Assembly: GCA_043228905.1 (NCBI GenBank)
Contig: JBHGNT010000001.1
Location: 13,578,001-13,642,000, forward strand
Direction of reading: 5' to 3'
DNA length: 64,000 nucleotides
Source: Azolla caroliniana
Lineage: Eukaryota > Plantae > Polypodiophyta
Part shown: positions 23,254-36,444 of the stretch, piece by piece
How the letters are laid out: each line of letters starts with the position of its first letter
Numbering within the stretch: position 1 is the stretch's first letter
Position numbers and translations under genes: made by a program
The notes under the pieces: model-generated
Told to the model about the DNA's origin: nothing
The model's database searches: none
The model's input: only the letters and a program-made list of their open reading frames with translations

Positions 23254-26200
23254 TCATTTCCACCCAAGTCTCTCAAAAAGAAGTGGGAGGTCAAAAGTTT
23301 TTGGTGTGGGTGTGACCCATGGTCCCGATGCATAGAGTGCCCTAGCCATGGCTTCTAGGCGGTGTAGTTCACGTTCCCTTATTTTCTTTATTGCTTCTAC
23401 ATCTCGTCGAGTTGCTTTGAAACCTGGCATCCGAGGGCGTTTGGTTCTTCTTTGATTTTCTGCTTCATCAAGGAGAAGTCCGAGTGGTGCAGGTATGTCG
23501 ACATTCATTGTCTCCCCCTATTCCTGAAAAACTTCATTTGTTATATGTTGGTAAACATTAGCAACATTATTATCAACGTTTTGTAATTTATTCTCTCTGT
23601 GTTGTTTCAATTCTAAGATGTATCTACCTAATTTCTTTATATCTAGTGTATCTAATAGTTTAGGGAGGGTGGGAGAGGAACCAAGTATGTCTTGGTATTT
23701 TGCCCTTATCTCGGCATAGGTGGGGCATTTGCATGTAAAATGGTACTCATCCTCTATCTCTATGTGGCATAACCTACATATCCTTTCCTCCATAGGGACT
23801 CCATTAGTACGTCCATTCTCAATCTCAAGTTGGTGAGATGATATTCTAAGTTGACCAATGGCAACCCTTAGTGCATGTGGTAAGAATACATCTAGATATT
23901 TTGGGCGCGTGATAAAACCTAACTCAGAGAAGTGCATAAAGTGTTCCTTATAGTACGACATTTTAGATGGGAGTGGCTCTAGTGGGGTGATCCATTTATA
24001 CCGAGTATAAATTTGCCATATTTCTTGGCGTATTACTTTATTATGGTCCTCATGATAGATTAAAGTGTTATCAGTCGTGTGGTCGTACTTAAGGGGGGGG
24101 AGGTTAGTAATGTCTAGACCGTTGGCAAGAAGCCAACTCACCATCATGCCATACCATGAGCTAGTATAGCCGGACTCATACAGTGCTCGAGAAGCCTTAA
24201 AGTCTTGGTGGGATATTCTATCAAGTGGTTGGTTATGTATCCTGTGTATAAAGACTACTAGTTGAAAAAGTGCTTCTATTAACATAGGGGGTAGAGTGAA
24301 CTCAGCTCTAATAATGTCATGTGGTGTTGGTAAACAGGTCCCTCCGGATGGAAAGGGAGAAGAACAGTGCCGACGAACAAACTCGGCCGAGGCCGAAACG
24401 GTATGAACCGAATGGGGAGAACCCGACTTCGGAGAGTCGGATGGTGTAGGCCCGGTATGAACCGGATGGGGAGAACCCGACTTCGGAGAGTCGGATGGTG
24501 TAGGCCCGGTATGAACCGGATGAGGAGAACCCGACTTCGGAGAGTCGGATGGTGTAGGCTCCATCGAGGCTACATTTGTAAATAGCCGAAAAGTCATATT
24601 AGTATAAATATGACTTAGGGCAAACTTTTAGATGTGTTGTTGTCATTCTAGTTGTAGTTCTTCTTCCTTGTTTGTGCAAGTAGAAATCAGAGCGCGTAAC
24701 TGTACAGAGATAGAGAGAGAGAGAGAGAGACGAGGTCGTAGCCTCTGTTGTAACCGCCGCCTGTGGCGAAGATCTGAGAGCACGAGGTCGTTGCCTCAGT
24801 GATCTCACTGTTGTATATTTCTGCATAGTGACAGTTTGCAGCTTGTGGGCTGCCGTGGTTTTTCCCCTACTTTGGGGTTTTCCACGTATACCTCCTGTGC
24901 ACCATTTCTCCTCTTTTGTGTCGCGTTTTATTACCTGTTTTTCTGTGTATGAAAAGAAGCTCGGTTGTGGCCGAGCATCGGACATAAGGAACGTCAAGTC
25001 CCCAACATGTGGGACCGACGATTTGCTTCGGAGTTGGCGTGATAACATCATCACCAATGGTCTCTCTAATTGCGTCCACATGAAAGATGGTAGTCCTGGG
25101 GCCCAAACCGCTGATGCATACATGAGAGAGGGATTCACTAATGAGTTAAAGAGCCACCCTTTAGTTCGTGGCTCTTGGAAGTATGCTTGGTGGCATTGTC
25201 TCTCGAGGAGTGAGAGGGATGCATGTCCTCTTGTAAGTCTATCCTTCGTTGCTTGTGTCATCGAAAATTTACCTGAGCGGGCACTGAAAGTGACTCCGAG
25301 ATAGACATATGATCCAACCACCTCAACTGGGCTATGGGAGATAGTTAGGTGACACTTAGCTCTAACTTGGGCCGACGTGTGGAAGATAAGGACTTTAGTT
25401 TTCCCTAGATTCACTACCAATCCTCGTTGTGTGCAAAAGTCATCTAAGGCATTAAGGTGCCTTTGTAGGTCGTGTTCGGATTCAGAGAGCAAAACTATGT
25501 CGTCTGCATAGAGCAAGATACGCACCTGCGTATCCCCAAGGACTACTCCATTGCCTCCCTTACGAGCAATAAAATCTGTGATCTCATCAATGTAGATCCC
25601 AAAAAGAGTCGGAGATAAGGGGCAACCTTGTTTTACACCAATAATGCTAGTGAAACTATCGGATATGCCGCCTGGGCATCGAACACACCCAGACACTTGT
25701 TCATATAGTGTGTAGATGGCCCAAACCATGTCATCTGGTATCCTCAAGCTCTTAAGCCTATCAAACAACCGCTCTCTAGGGACCGTGTCAAAGGCTTTGC
25801 GGAAGTCCACAAAACAACAATATAGTTTCTTCTTGCGAGTCGTAGTCTGGTCAATTAAGCATCTAAGTGTGAAGATATGGTCAATAGTGGAGAAGGCTCG
25901 TCTAAAGCCAGTCTGTTCAGCTGCACAAAGATTTAAGGTCTCCATATACTCGCTAAGCTCTGCCTCCATTACTGCACCATATAATTTAGCAAGGGTATGA
26001 CCTATCATAATGGTCCTATAAGTATTTGGGTCCATGGGGTCCCCCCCTTTATGTATTGGGGCCACTGTGTTCATGGTCCATTGTGATGGAAAACCCTCTG
26101 TGAGGGCACGATTGAAGATTAGAGTTAGCAAGGGAGCTAGGCACTCTCTCGCGTATATGATGTGTTCTGCTCGCAATCCTGTGTGGTCCATGGACTTCCT

Positions 26201-27685
26201 ATGTTGTAATTTCTTTATGACCTTCGTGACCCTAGAGGTCGTGAAGAGTGTCCCCACAGTAGGTCGGGGTGTAGAAGGCATTGGAATGGGTGGTTGGTTT
26301 GGGATGTGGTAAAGTCTCTCTGTATAAGTGTGCCAAGTTTCGGGATCTTCGATGGGTGTTTGTGGTCTTGGTTTCCGTAATCTCTTCCATGCAGTGGCAC
26401 AATCGCTACTCATGAGCATGTGGTAGAGTTCCCAATATTGGGATGCCTCCCATGCTCGTCTCTTACGACGTGTCATCTTGCGCATTTCTTTACGAGCTTG
26501 TACTGAGGTAATACTACCACTGAGTTGCGATATTGTAAGTTGTCGATGTAAGCACCTACAATCCTCATCATACCATCTATTTTGTGGCATAGATCCTACT
26601 TTACCTTGATTGGAGTGTTTCGTGTATGGGAAACTGCTAACTGCTGCAGAATGAAGGATGTGTGTGAGTTTCGTACTAAGGCTCTCTAAAGGTAGGGAGG
26701 GATCAAGGGAGGAGAGATGGGCTTGAACATGTCGAGCATATATGTCAGAGAGCTCATGTGTGAAATGTATTGTGATGTCATGGCGTGGTTGACTAGAGTT
26801 GGTGACATTAGAGATATCGCATTTTATCTCGAAGTATAAGAAACTATGGTCCGCGCCAATAGGACATGGGGCCACTCGGAAGGAGTTAATCATGTGGGTA
26901 GCTTTAGGGCGTCCTATTAGATAATCGACTGTGCTTTCCCCTCCTCCATGTGGGAAACATGTGAGCTCTTCCGAACCTGGCCACTTGGCTAAACCATTAT
27001 ATATGACCATCTGGTGCCGACTACCGAGTTCGAGCAAATGATGGCCAAATCTCGTGGCGTCTGCACCTTGATCCTTTGATCTACGTGTGGTGTCTATGTC
27101 TGAAGGATCGACATTTACCATTTCTAGGTTTCTATTCATTTGAAATATTGTGCATTGTCGGGATTGGGTTCTCGCATTAAAGTCTCCTACAAGGAATACT
27201 TCGCCTTGGGAAGAATATCGGATTATGTCATCCAATAGAGGTTCATATGGGGAAGACCCATGTGGCACTCCGTCATCAACTAATCTCGCCTCGCCAGCCA
27301 GATTATAACGAGAGCCTTTCGGGGGGAAGTAACAAATGGCGAAAATTACTGCCTTGTCCTTGCTTGTGGAGACTTTCACCCACATAAAACGAGCTTCTGG
27401 GTCTGTGCTCAGTATTTCTATCCTATTATGTTGCTCCCTCCGAAACAATATTGCAACACCTCCAGATCCCCTAGTAGTGCATCGACGTGAGGTTTGTCTA
27501 AAAGCCGACTCCCAACGAAATCCTTCGACTCGTGGGAGTCCCCTATTTGGGCTTTGGTGTGTTTCTACTAGGCAAACTATATCTGATTCCTTTAATATCC
27601 CCTCTAGGCGGCCGGGGTGTGTCCAGAGTGCGCCGTTACAATTCCATAAGGTCATCCTAAGTGTGTTTTCTGTCATATGGGCCAC
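23254..27685 (-). pseudogene. LINE ORF2 (AP endonuclease, RT, CCHC finger), split by a solo LTR and one nonsense codon
   Basis: WNCNG, VGDFNA, ADH endonuclease motifs; DFRKAFD, QGCPLSP, YADD RT motifs; CRLC..EDEYHFTCKC finger. Removing the LTR plus one TSD rejoins SSVPH|DIIRAEF in frame. Confidence 0.9.
24325..25007 (+). mobile_element. Solo LTR inserted in LINE ORF2; contains 3 x 54-bp tandem repeats
   Basis: TGTTGG...CCAACA ends; TSD TGTGG (24320-24324, 25008-25012); repeat unit at about 24400-24560. Confidence 0.93.
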
Positions 27686-27691
27686 ACGCCG

Positions 27692-28498
27692 TCAATTAGT
27701 AGTGCGATCATTTATGATCACTCGCCCATCTCGATAAAAGGCGTGATGCCTGTCTTTGCGAGCTTGCATAACCTTTGGCATACAACTCTTGCGATGCTCA
27801 ATTTGCATCTTGGTGAGGTCTTCATCGAGATAGATAGGGTCCCCACCCAATCCTCGAAGAATTGGTCTCTTCTTAAAGAAAGTGATTCTAGAGTCTAAGT
27901 CTTTAAATTGAAGAACTAAGGCTCTCTTCCTAGTTGTGTCGTGTCCGGCCCTCCAAGCTTTGGTGATAGGTAGGGTTGTTGTGTACCCTAACATTTTCCC
28001 GAGTGTTTGTGCATCCTCGTCCGGGGATGCACCTTCCTTGAGCCCAGTGACACGCACATTTAGGTGTCGAGCCTGACGCATTTTCTCCTCTTCGAGGGTG
28101 GTATTAACAATATTTTCATCCTTTATTTCTTTTTTAATGTTTCTTTTAACCACATCTACCCAACCCGTTTTTGCTAACTCTATGTTATTTTTAACCTCCT
28201 CTTTAACTTTTTTGATCTCATCTTTTATATCCTCTATGGAGGATATTTCACTGTCCTCTCGGGATACCTTGATGTCATTAAGTTGTTGTTTGAGGTTTGT
28301 GTTTTCCTCTTTAAGTTTTTCTATTTCAGCCTTGAGGGTGTCTTTTTCTTCTCTATCTTTTTTCTTGTGGGTTTCGGCGTCTTTCACCCATTTTTTCATA
28401 TTCGTCTCTATTTTTGTTAAACGGTTAAACATATCCAAAAAGTCCTCCTTACTTATAGCCTCGTCTTGTGTATCCTTGTGTTCCTTTTGTTTAGACAT
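27692..28498 (-). CDS. LINE ORF1 (coiled coil + RRM/CTD-like)
   Basis: Likely start MSKQKEHK; long heptad region followed by NVRVTGLKE, LVLQF and IYLDEDLT. Confidence 0.8.
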   Translation of the reverse strand: MSKQKEHKDTQDEAISKEDFLDMFNRLTKIETNMKKWVKDAETHKKKDREEKDTLKAEIEKLKEENTNLKQQLNDIKVSREDSEISSIEDIKDEIKKVKEEVKNNIELAKTGWVDVVKRNIKKEIKDENIVNTTLEEEKMRQARHLNVRVTGLKEGASPDEDAQTLGKMLGYTTTLPITKAWRAGHDTTRKRALVLQFKDLDSRITFFKKRPILRGLGGDPIYLDEDLTKMQIEHRKSCMPKVMQARKDRHHAFYRDGRVIINDRTTN

Positions 28499-28891
28499 TG
28501 TAGTGTCAATAAGAAAAGAAAAAAAAAGGATAAAATAAATGGGTTCGAGACTTAGCCGAGTTTGTGTTATGTCGTAGTCACATCGGCATTTTGCACACGA
28601 TGAGCATGCTAAAAGAACAAGGATGCGCCGCCAAGAGAAGAAACGTGACACTCGGCAACCTCAAGAAACAAGGAGAAGAGCACGGCAACGGCAATGGCGA
28701 CTACAACGGATGATGACGAACTGCAGCAGGTCGTCCAGCACGTGGACATCAGCAGACGGCGACGGACGTCAGAGGCGGCAGCGCGGCAACAGACGACAGC
28801 AGCACGATGGGGGGGGGAGTGCAGCTCGGTAGCAAACGGCAGCGACGACAGCGTGGCGCACAACCGTTGCAGAGAGAGGCACGACCGTTGT

Positions 28892-30320
28892 AGAGAGAGA
28901 GAGAGAGAGCGATTAACGTCTTCTAAGGCTAAATATTGGCCCATGAGATAATCGGTGTACAACAAAATAGGTTATTTACCTAATCATCAAAATAAATTAA
29001 ATTAAAAATAAAACTTAAGCTAAAACAGTTCTAATATTGTACAAAACATTTTATAGTGTAACATATTCGATAAAGGAAAGGACTTTGTGTTAGGCCTAAT
29101 TATTTCCATCCAAACCTCTCGAAAAGAAGTGGGAGGTCAAAGGGTTTTGGTGTGGGTGTGACCCGTGGTCCTGGTGTAGAAGGTACCCAACCCATGGCTT
29201 CTAGGCAAAGTAGCTCACATTCCCTTATTTTTTAAAATACTTCTACACCACGTCAAGTTGCTTTGAAACCCAATATCTGAGGGCGTTTGGTTCTTCTTTG
29301 GTTTTTTTCTTCATCAAGGAAGAGGCCAAGTGGTGTAGGTGTGTTCACACTCATTGTCTCCCCCTGTCCTTGAAAAACCTCATTTGTTACATGTTGGTGA
29401 ATATTAGAAACGTTATTGTCAACATTTTGTATCTTATACTGTCTATATTGTTTTAGCTCTAAGATATATCTGCCTAATTTCTTTATATCTAGAATATCTA
29501 ATACTTTAGAGAGGGTACAAGAGGGTCCGAGTATGTCTAAATATTTTTCCCTTACCTCGGCGTATGTTGGACACTTGCATGTAAAGTGGTACTCATCCTC
29601 TATCTCTATGTGACATAGTCTACATATCTTTTCCTCTCTAGGGACTCCATTAGTACGTTGGGAATTCGGTCCCTCCGGATGGGATCCGGATGAGAACCAG
29701 AGGAGCTAGATCGGACGAGCCGAAGGAAGGAACCAGACCAGACGGATCCAAATGAATCCGGTGTGAACTGGATCTAGGGACATATCTGTAAATATGTTTC
29801 TAGAGGGCCTATCATGGCCATATTTATAAATAGTCATATATGTATAAATATGAACTAGGCAAACCACTTATGATATAGTGTATGAGTTGTTATTATTACT
29901 GTTTGTACAGAGATAGAAACATAGAGAGAGAGAGAGAAACATAGAAAGCTTTTCTGTTGTAACTGCCGGTTGGCGAAGACAAAGAGCTCAAGGTCGTTGC
30001 CTCCAAGTCTCGCATTGTATCCTCTTCTCATAGTGATAGTTGGAGTCTGTGGGCTCCCGTGGTTTTTTCCCCATTTAGAGTTTTCCACGTTAACATCTGG
30101 TGTGGTCTCATTGTGTCTATGTGCATTATTCTTATTTCAATTTCTTGCTTTATTCCATTGAGTGTTTAAGACTTGGTGGTGGCCGAGCCTTATTCCGTAG
30201 AAGTACGACCATTCTCAATCTCAAGTTGTTGGGATGATCTCCTAAGTTGTCCAATAGCAAGCCTTAGTGCGTTTGGTAAGAATGCATCGAGATATTTTGG
30301 TCGTGTAATAAACCCTAACT
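28892..30320 (-). mobile_element. 5'-truncated, more decayed second LINE copy of the same family
   Basis: Colinear with about 23100-23925 (3' UTR and ORF2 C-terminus); bounded by (GA)n at 28892-28909 and 30322-30334. Confidence 0.88.
29657..30201 (+). mobile_element. Solo LTR (B family) inserted in the second LINE
   Basis: Similar to the LTRs at 715 and 9820; flanked by the AGTAC direct repeat (29652-29656, 30202-30206); termini degenerate. Confidence 0.85.
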
Positions 30321-30606
30321 TAGAGAGAGAGAGAATAAGAATGTGGGGATTCACATAATTGACCTAAACAATGAATCACACAACATTATAGAGCACGATG
30401 CTCAAATGGCAAGGGGAAGGTTTGGATAAATACAATAACAAACACTTTATTGAGTGTTAGAGAACCCCAACAAAACCACTAAGGAGTTTGATTGGCATTT
30501 ACCATAACAAAACTAATGAGGGTTTCACTAGCATTTATGAGGTCACCACAAACTTGGAGATATACACTTTCATAACATTTCTAGTACACTTTTAATAAGA
30601 GCTATA

Positions 30607-32283
30607 CTATCCTAACAAAACAAATGAGGAGGTTGTTAAGCATTTTGTGAGCTCATTCACAAACTCTTGGAACGCTAGGGTAGAGGATCCCGAGGGCATC
30701 AAGGCTGTATGTGCGGCCGCTGCCATCTCCGCCACCTTCTTCTTGAAATTAAGTTGAGTTAGCTCTTCTCCACTTACCCCTATCAGTCCCATTACTTGTT
30801 GCAATGAGTGTGTGAGGGTTGCACGTTGTATGGTTCCTATACCACCCATGATTGTGTCCACACCTGGCACCCCAATGCCCCATTGTTCTATGAGCCACAA
30901 GTTCGTGTTTTGCTCCGCCACCCGAGGACACCCGACAATTGGAACCCCATTCCACAAGCTCTCTAACAAGGAATTCCACCCGCAATGGCTTACAAAAGCT
31001 CCAACTGACCTGTGTTCCAACACTCGCCTCTGAGGTGCCCACGAGACTATGAGGCCTTTTTCCATAGGAAGGAGACCGGGGCGGAAATTCTCCGGGAGCC
31101 ATTCAATAGCCGATCCTTGGCGAATTGCCCATAAGAACGGTCGTCCGACTGCCTCCAATGTGGCCGCCAGCTCTTGTATCTCCTTGGCCGACAAGAATCC
31201 CATAGACCCGAATGCCACATACACCACTGATTTCTCTTCATGATTATCGAGCCACCGTAAGCATTGGAGTTGAGTCTCATCTACAAGGTCCTTGCAAATA
31301 CTCGCACCCACAGTTGGGCCAATGGGCATCATTTTAACATTCTTTGCTCTCAAGGCTGTGATGGCACTAGCCTCGAGCTCGTGGAAGGAGTTCACGAGAA
31401 CCCATTTGGAATTGGCGCCTCGAGCGAAAGATGTGAAACCTCGATCTAGGGCTTCGAAGATTGGGTCTGTAGGATCCTCATTTGTGAGGGTGTGTAAAGG
31501 CATATGACCTAATCGTGAGGTCGAGATCCCTGGCAAGAAGTCCAGGGGGAAATCTTGTGTCCCTGTTGGAGAAGAATTAGAAGTGAGTATAGATAGGAAA
31601 TGTATATCGTAGAGAGAAATGGATGTAGTTCAAATGCTACGGTTGCCCAATGGAGACCTAATGACCGTGGGTTCAACCTCGACATTCCACTAGGGTAAGC
31701 TAATTACATAAAGAAAAAAATTAGAGAGAAGACCTTCTTTGAAGGGTAAGAGACCCATTGAGATGAGTTGTTGTGTGGAGGAGCCAAATACATAAGTGGA
31801 TGCAGAGCATGTCCACATCTCCACACGAGGGATGCAAAGCTCACCGGCCACATCGAGCGTCCACGGCATGAAACTGTCTGAAATGAGGCAAGAAATAGGG
31901 GTGGTTGGAAGAAGCTCATGGTCGCCACTACTTGCCTCTGTAGAGGAGAGAATGAAGCTCCGAAGAGGAGCCTGGAAGTGAATTGCCAAGAGCTCAGAGG
32001 TTACCTTCCATGACCCAGAGCAGGCCGACAACTTACTGGTTATCTCAAGTGGGACGTCGAAGGTGGCAAACCGGAGGTTTTCCCAAGGTACCGATTTCCC
32101 ATGGTGGATCGCAAAATGGGTGGGTGTGAGGATAAGGGTGGACAATATGCTGGATTTGCTCAGCCGTATTGCTAAGTCTAGGAAAGGGTTGATGTGGCCT
32201 TGTTCTGGGTATGGGAAAAGTAGCACATGCGGCCTTCGTGGGGACGACACCAGTTGTCGAGGTTCGGGTGACTCTAGTGCCAT
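30607..32283 (-). CDS. Plant family-1 UDP-glycosyltransferase, 2 exons (32283-31734, 31562-30607), 501 aa
   Basis: HVLLFPYPEQGHINP (catalytic His), CLISDSF, complete PSPG box WAPQ..HCGWNS..AEQ. A GT-AG intron at 31733-31563 joins the exons in frame. Confidence 0.93.
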
Positions 32284-32944
32284 GCTTCTATTTGAAGATG
32301 TTGCCTCCTTATTTCAGGCTCAATAACACACTATATGTCACCATTTTATGTCTTGGGGCCATAATGGCTTTGGAACTTTGATCCTATGTGTGTGTTTCAA
32401 CATAATTTCCTTGGGGAATGGATTGGTATGTGTGGGGCATACACCTTTCGATGCCAAAGTAAAGATTCTTCAATTTGGGCCTCAAAACCTTACTTGAAAG
32501 CGAAATTAATGTATGTCAACCTAAACTTTTTACATCCATAGTGACATTAGATTCTGTCGGTGGACTTCGAGAGTAGTCCGTTTTAACAATGTCGTGGCAC
32601 TGTCATCATGATGACATCAATTTTAACGTTGAACCCAACATTTCTCTACATGACAACATTAAATACAATGTCCAATAGAGCATTGACGTACAATTAACTT
32701 CATTGAATTCATTGATACGAAACAATTTGAATTCAGTAAATAACCTTACAAAGTCACCATTACCAGAGTAGTCGTCCATTTAAACCCTAACAACGAAGTG
32801 ACTACATTGATTTTAGTAGTAATACAAATTTTAAATACAATTAAATAACCTTATGAGCTCATTGAAATGATGATATAATGCAACATGTTGTTTAGAATAA
32901 TGATACATGTTTCGATGTATTGATAACAACGAGTATAATAAGTA

Positions 32945-33295
32945 TGAATATGAACCATGATGGTTGCACCCTTGTTAATATGTTTTAAGGATTTTTCATT
33001 TATATTCTTTTGGGGAGATAGTACAGACAATGTTCTTGAGAATTGCAATTTTTTATAAGAGTAAAAATATGTCAATCTTTATGGTGCTCTATCTCAATCA
33101 TATGGAGTATGATGAACATTAACCATGATAGTTGCACCCTTGTTAATATGATTTAAGGAATTATCATATATATTCCTTTGAGTAAATAGTAGAGACATTG
33201 TTCTTCAAATTTGTTGGTTTTTGAGAAGAGTAAAAATATGTCATAGCTCTTATGTGAATCTTTATTGTGCTTTATCTCTATCATATGAAGTATGC
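32945..33295. repeat. Diverged ~170-bp tandem duplication upstream of the UGT
   Basis: AACCATGAT(G/A)GTTGCACCCTTGTTAATATG...AAGAGTAAAAATATGTCA occurs twice (about 32953, about 33121). Confidence 0.7.
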
Positions 33296-33609
33296 TAGAA
33301 ATTTATAGGAGAGGTAAAGTGCGAGAAGGAAATTGAAATTTCATCCTTTGTGGATATAATGTATAATGAGAGGAGAACCTATGCCCTTTTACATACATGC
33401 GTAGAGGAGGTAATCCATATATAAAGACCATATGCAGATTGAACCACATAGTTCTTTATCTTTACACGGTGTTATGAACCATTATCTATTCCATCTATCC
33501 AAGCTAATCAAGTTCAAGAGAGGAAGTGAAGGTGGCTAGGTGACAACATTTTTTGTAGGTCTTTGAGACTACTTGCAAGGAATAATACAGAAAGAAAATA
33601 TTGAAGGAG

Positions 33610-33650
<41 letters not shown>

Positions 33651-36444
33651 TAGATAGATATAAGTACATCCATCTATTTCTTTTTCTATGCTCTTTTTGT
33701 AGAGGGCTATGCAAAGGACAACACTAGACGGTTCATATTACCCACCTAATGAAAGGGACCCCTTTTGTCTTGGTCTCATTTACGGGAAAGCACTAGAATA
33801 GTGATTTGATAGTTCGGAAGGGGCCCAAATAGCTGCTAAAAGCCTTGATGAATTAGACCCAACATATTCTTAATTGATCTTAACTTTTGGCATCTACGAT
33901 ACGTTATTATTTGGGAGTACATAGCTCAAGGCACACTCTTTATGCTTTTATGCATTCCTCAGCTTGAGCTTCTTTTCTCGAAGCATGAGCTTTTAACAAA
34001 GATTGGTGGTGTTTTTACAACACACTTTAAGAGATCAATGTTTTTGAAATACATGCTTATATGCATAGATTGACACATGCGTGATATTCGTGATATTCTC
34101 CATGCGCAATATTCTCCATATTCGAGAATACAAAATGGCCCCAAGCATATTAAAAAACCATTCGTTTTGTAAAATAAATATAAAAAAATTATATATTTAT
34201 TTAAATAAATGTATTTCACAAAAAAAAACAATTATTCATTAATAGATTATAGTGTCAAGAGAGTTTATGAAACTTATTTTAATTAATTAATTAATTGTTT
34301 AAAAACGAATATTTTTAAATTTATTATACAAATATGATTACTAATTAATATGAACTTTGAATATATGATTAGTTTGAAGTACTATTTTTAATTTTAAGAT
34401 AAAAATATCCATAATTTTGAGAAAATAAAAAGTGAGAAATTAATGAGCCTTTATTTTATTTTATTTATTTATTAAAAATAAAACGAATACTTATAAGTTA
34501 TACATTTATTATAAAAATTTAGAATTGTCAAGTCCCCAAAGTCCCCCCTTTTATTATCCCTATTTATTGTTAAGTTCCTTTCTTTTTATCCTAGGAATTT
34601 TTTTAATTTTTAATTTTTAATTTTTGGGGAGGGGGGTTTAAACGAATACTTGACTGCCCATTCGTATTCGTATTCGTTTGCATTCGAATGGGAAACCCGA
34701 CAAATGCGAATATGTCAATCTATGCTTATATGTGGAAGTGTGAAATCTTGACCCAGTAGAGATTAGATTAGATGTTGTTGTCTTTGTAGTGTTCCCTTTC
34801 AAATCAATTGTGCAAGCTAACACATGAACATGTTCCTAGCAGATTCCTTTGATTGGGTTGCATTATGGCTTTTAGTTATTGTTGCGATTCGTGAATGTCA
34901 CTCCTTTTAATAGTTATGCATGTGTTTATATGTCTATGGTTGTGTACATTTGTGGATGTCATTGCATATTTTGTATATGAGAATTTTTTTGTGCTTATTT
35001 AAATTAAATGTTCTTGTAAATATGTGCCCATGAATGTACAACTTTAAGTGTGTGCACATGTGAAATTGTTTAAGTAAACCAAGCCGAACCTTGACACCAC
35101 CTAAACAAAATTGTTTAAGCCAACCTACTAGCGGGTTTGCAAGCTTTACAAGCCATTAGGCTGATATGTTATTAAACAATGATTTTATGGTTTAGTTTTG
35201 TTTTCGATGCAAACCAAATTATCAAGATTACGCACTCAAATTTTCAAAGATATATATTGATAAAAAACACTTAATTCATGTTATTAACAAACCACGTGAA
35301 TCCTTTAAACTTTTGATTAAGAATAGACGATTGTAGACTCAACTTTTAAGAGATATATGTATTTTATTAACACACTTAATTTATGTTAATAACAAACTAC
35401 TTAAATCCATATAGTTCACTACATCACCTTCCATAATGATGTCATCTAATGTATCTCTAAATTATTATATGCTTCATTGAAGTCTTCAAGTAGTGAAATA
35501 TTTGCTTCATTAAGGATATCTACCCAAGATATAATGTAGATCGAATTCAAGTAGTGAAATATTCACTATATTAAGGATATCTACCCATTGGAATTGTGTG
35601 AAGTGAAAGTTATACTTTGATTCAAATTTAGCCTTCTTTGGAGGAACTAATGACGTTGTTACTACTACCCAAGATGTAATGAAAATCAAATCCAAGCATT
35701 GAAATGTTACCCCCATTAAGGATAGCTACCCATTGTAAGTATGTCTTTAATGTTATACTTTGCTTCTTATTTAGTCTTTGTTTAGAGAACTAATTATGTT
35801 GGTATTGAGAAATAGTCACAATTAATCTTATATATATTTGAGGTAACACAAACCTATTTAAAATGTAAAGAATCATTTTGAAATTGGTTTACAAAACATT
35901 TTAGAAAAATGGTAAACATATAAAACATGAAGAAGTTTGAAGCAAACTTTTTGTTGAACCACCATTGATTGAAGTGGACACATATCAATTTTGGCTTATG
36001 GAAATCTCATAAATTGTTCAATTCAAGGGGGATTCTTACTAACATTTCCCAAAAAAATACATGTTGTTTGTGGTTTCCTTGACATGTTCCATTACTTATA
36101 GACTACACAATATCATTTATATTATAAACTCCTTCAAGTATCTTTTGAACCAAATTGCTATCCAAGTTTATCTTAAGGGAGTTTTTTATTATTAGAACTC
36201 TATATTTAAAATGAAGACGAAAGACATTATGTATGAGAAAAGTAATAATGGTAATAAAGAAGAAATATAAAAGCAATTCATAAAGTTAGAAACAATTAAA
36301 GATAATTTTAAAAGAGGCAACATATCTTCAATCAAGAAAGAAAGCAATTTGAGAGGGTATGGACTTCAAGATTCTAGTATTTAATCAAATATTGTAAAAT
36401 TTCTAATTAGCTTGTTATTAGGCTTCAAAAGTTGGATAACTAAG

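Larger units (their letters stand above)
23049..28890 (-). mobile_element. Full-length LINE (ORF1 + APE-RT ORF2, RTEX/L2-CR1-like), interrupted by a solo LTR
   Basis: Both ORFs present with a GC-rich 5' UTR. 3' tail is (CT)n/(TCTT)n, with (GA)n at both ends on the + strand. Confidence 0.9.

Noticed and set aside
23518-24597. 359-aa ORF as a novel Pro/Ser-repeat protein
   Set aside because: It is a chimera of antisense solo-LTR repeats and the LINE ORF2 C-terminus.
24599-25007. C-terminal ~135 aa of the 1028-aa ORF as a real domain
   Set aside because: Read-through into the inserted solo LTR, which is bounded by TSD TGTGG.
34640-34720. ATTCG-rich motifs, also at about 59280-59490, as a defined element
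   Set aside because: Probably degraded MITE ends; no TIR or TSD could be delimited.
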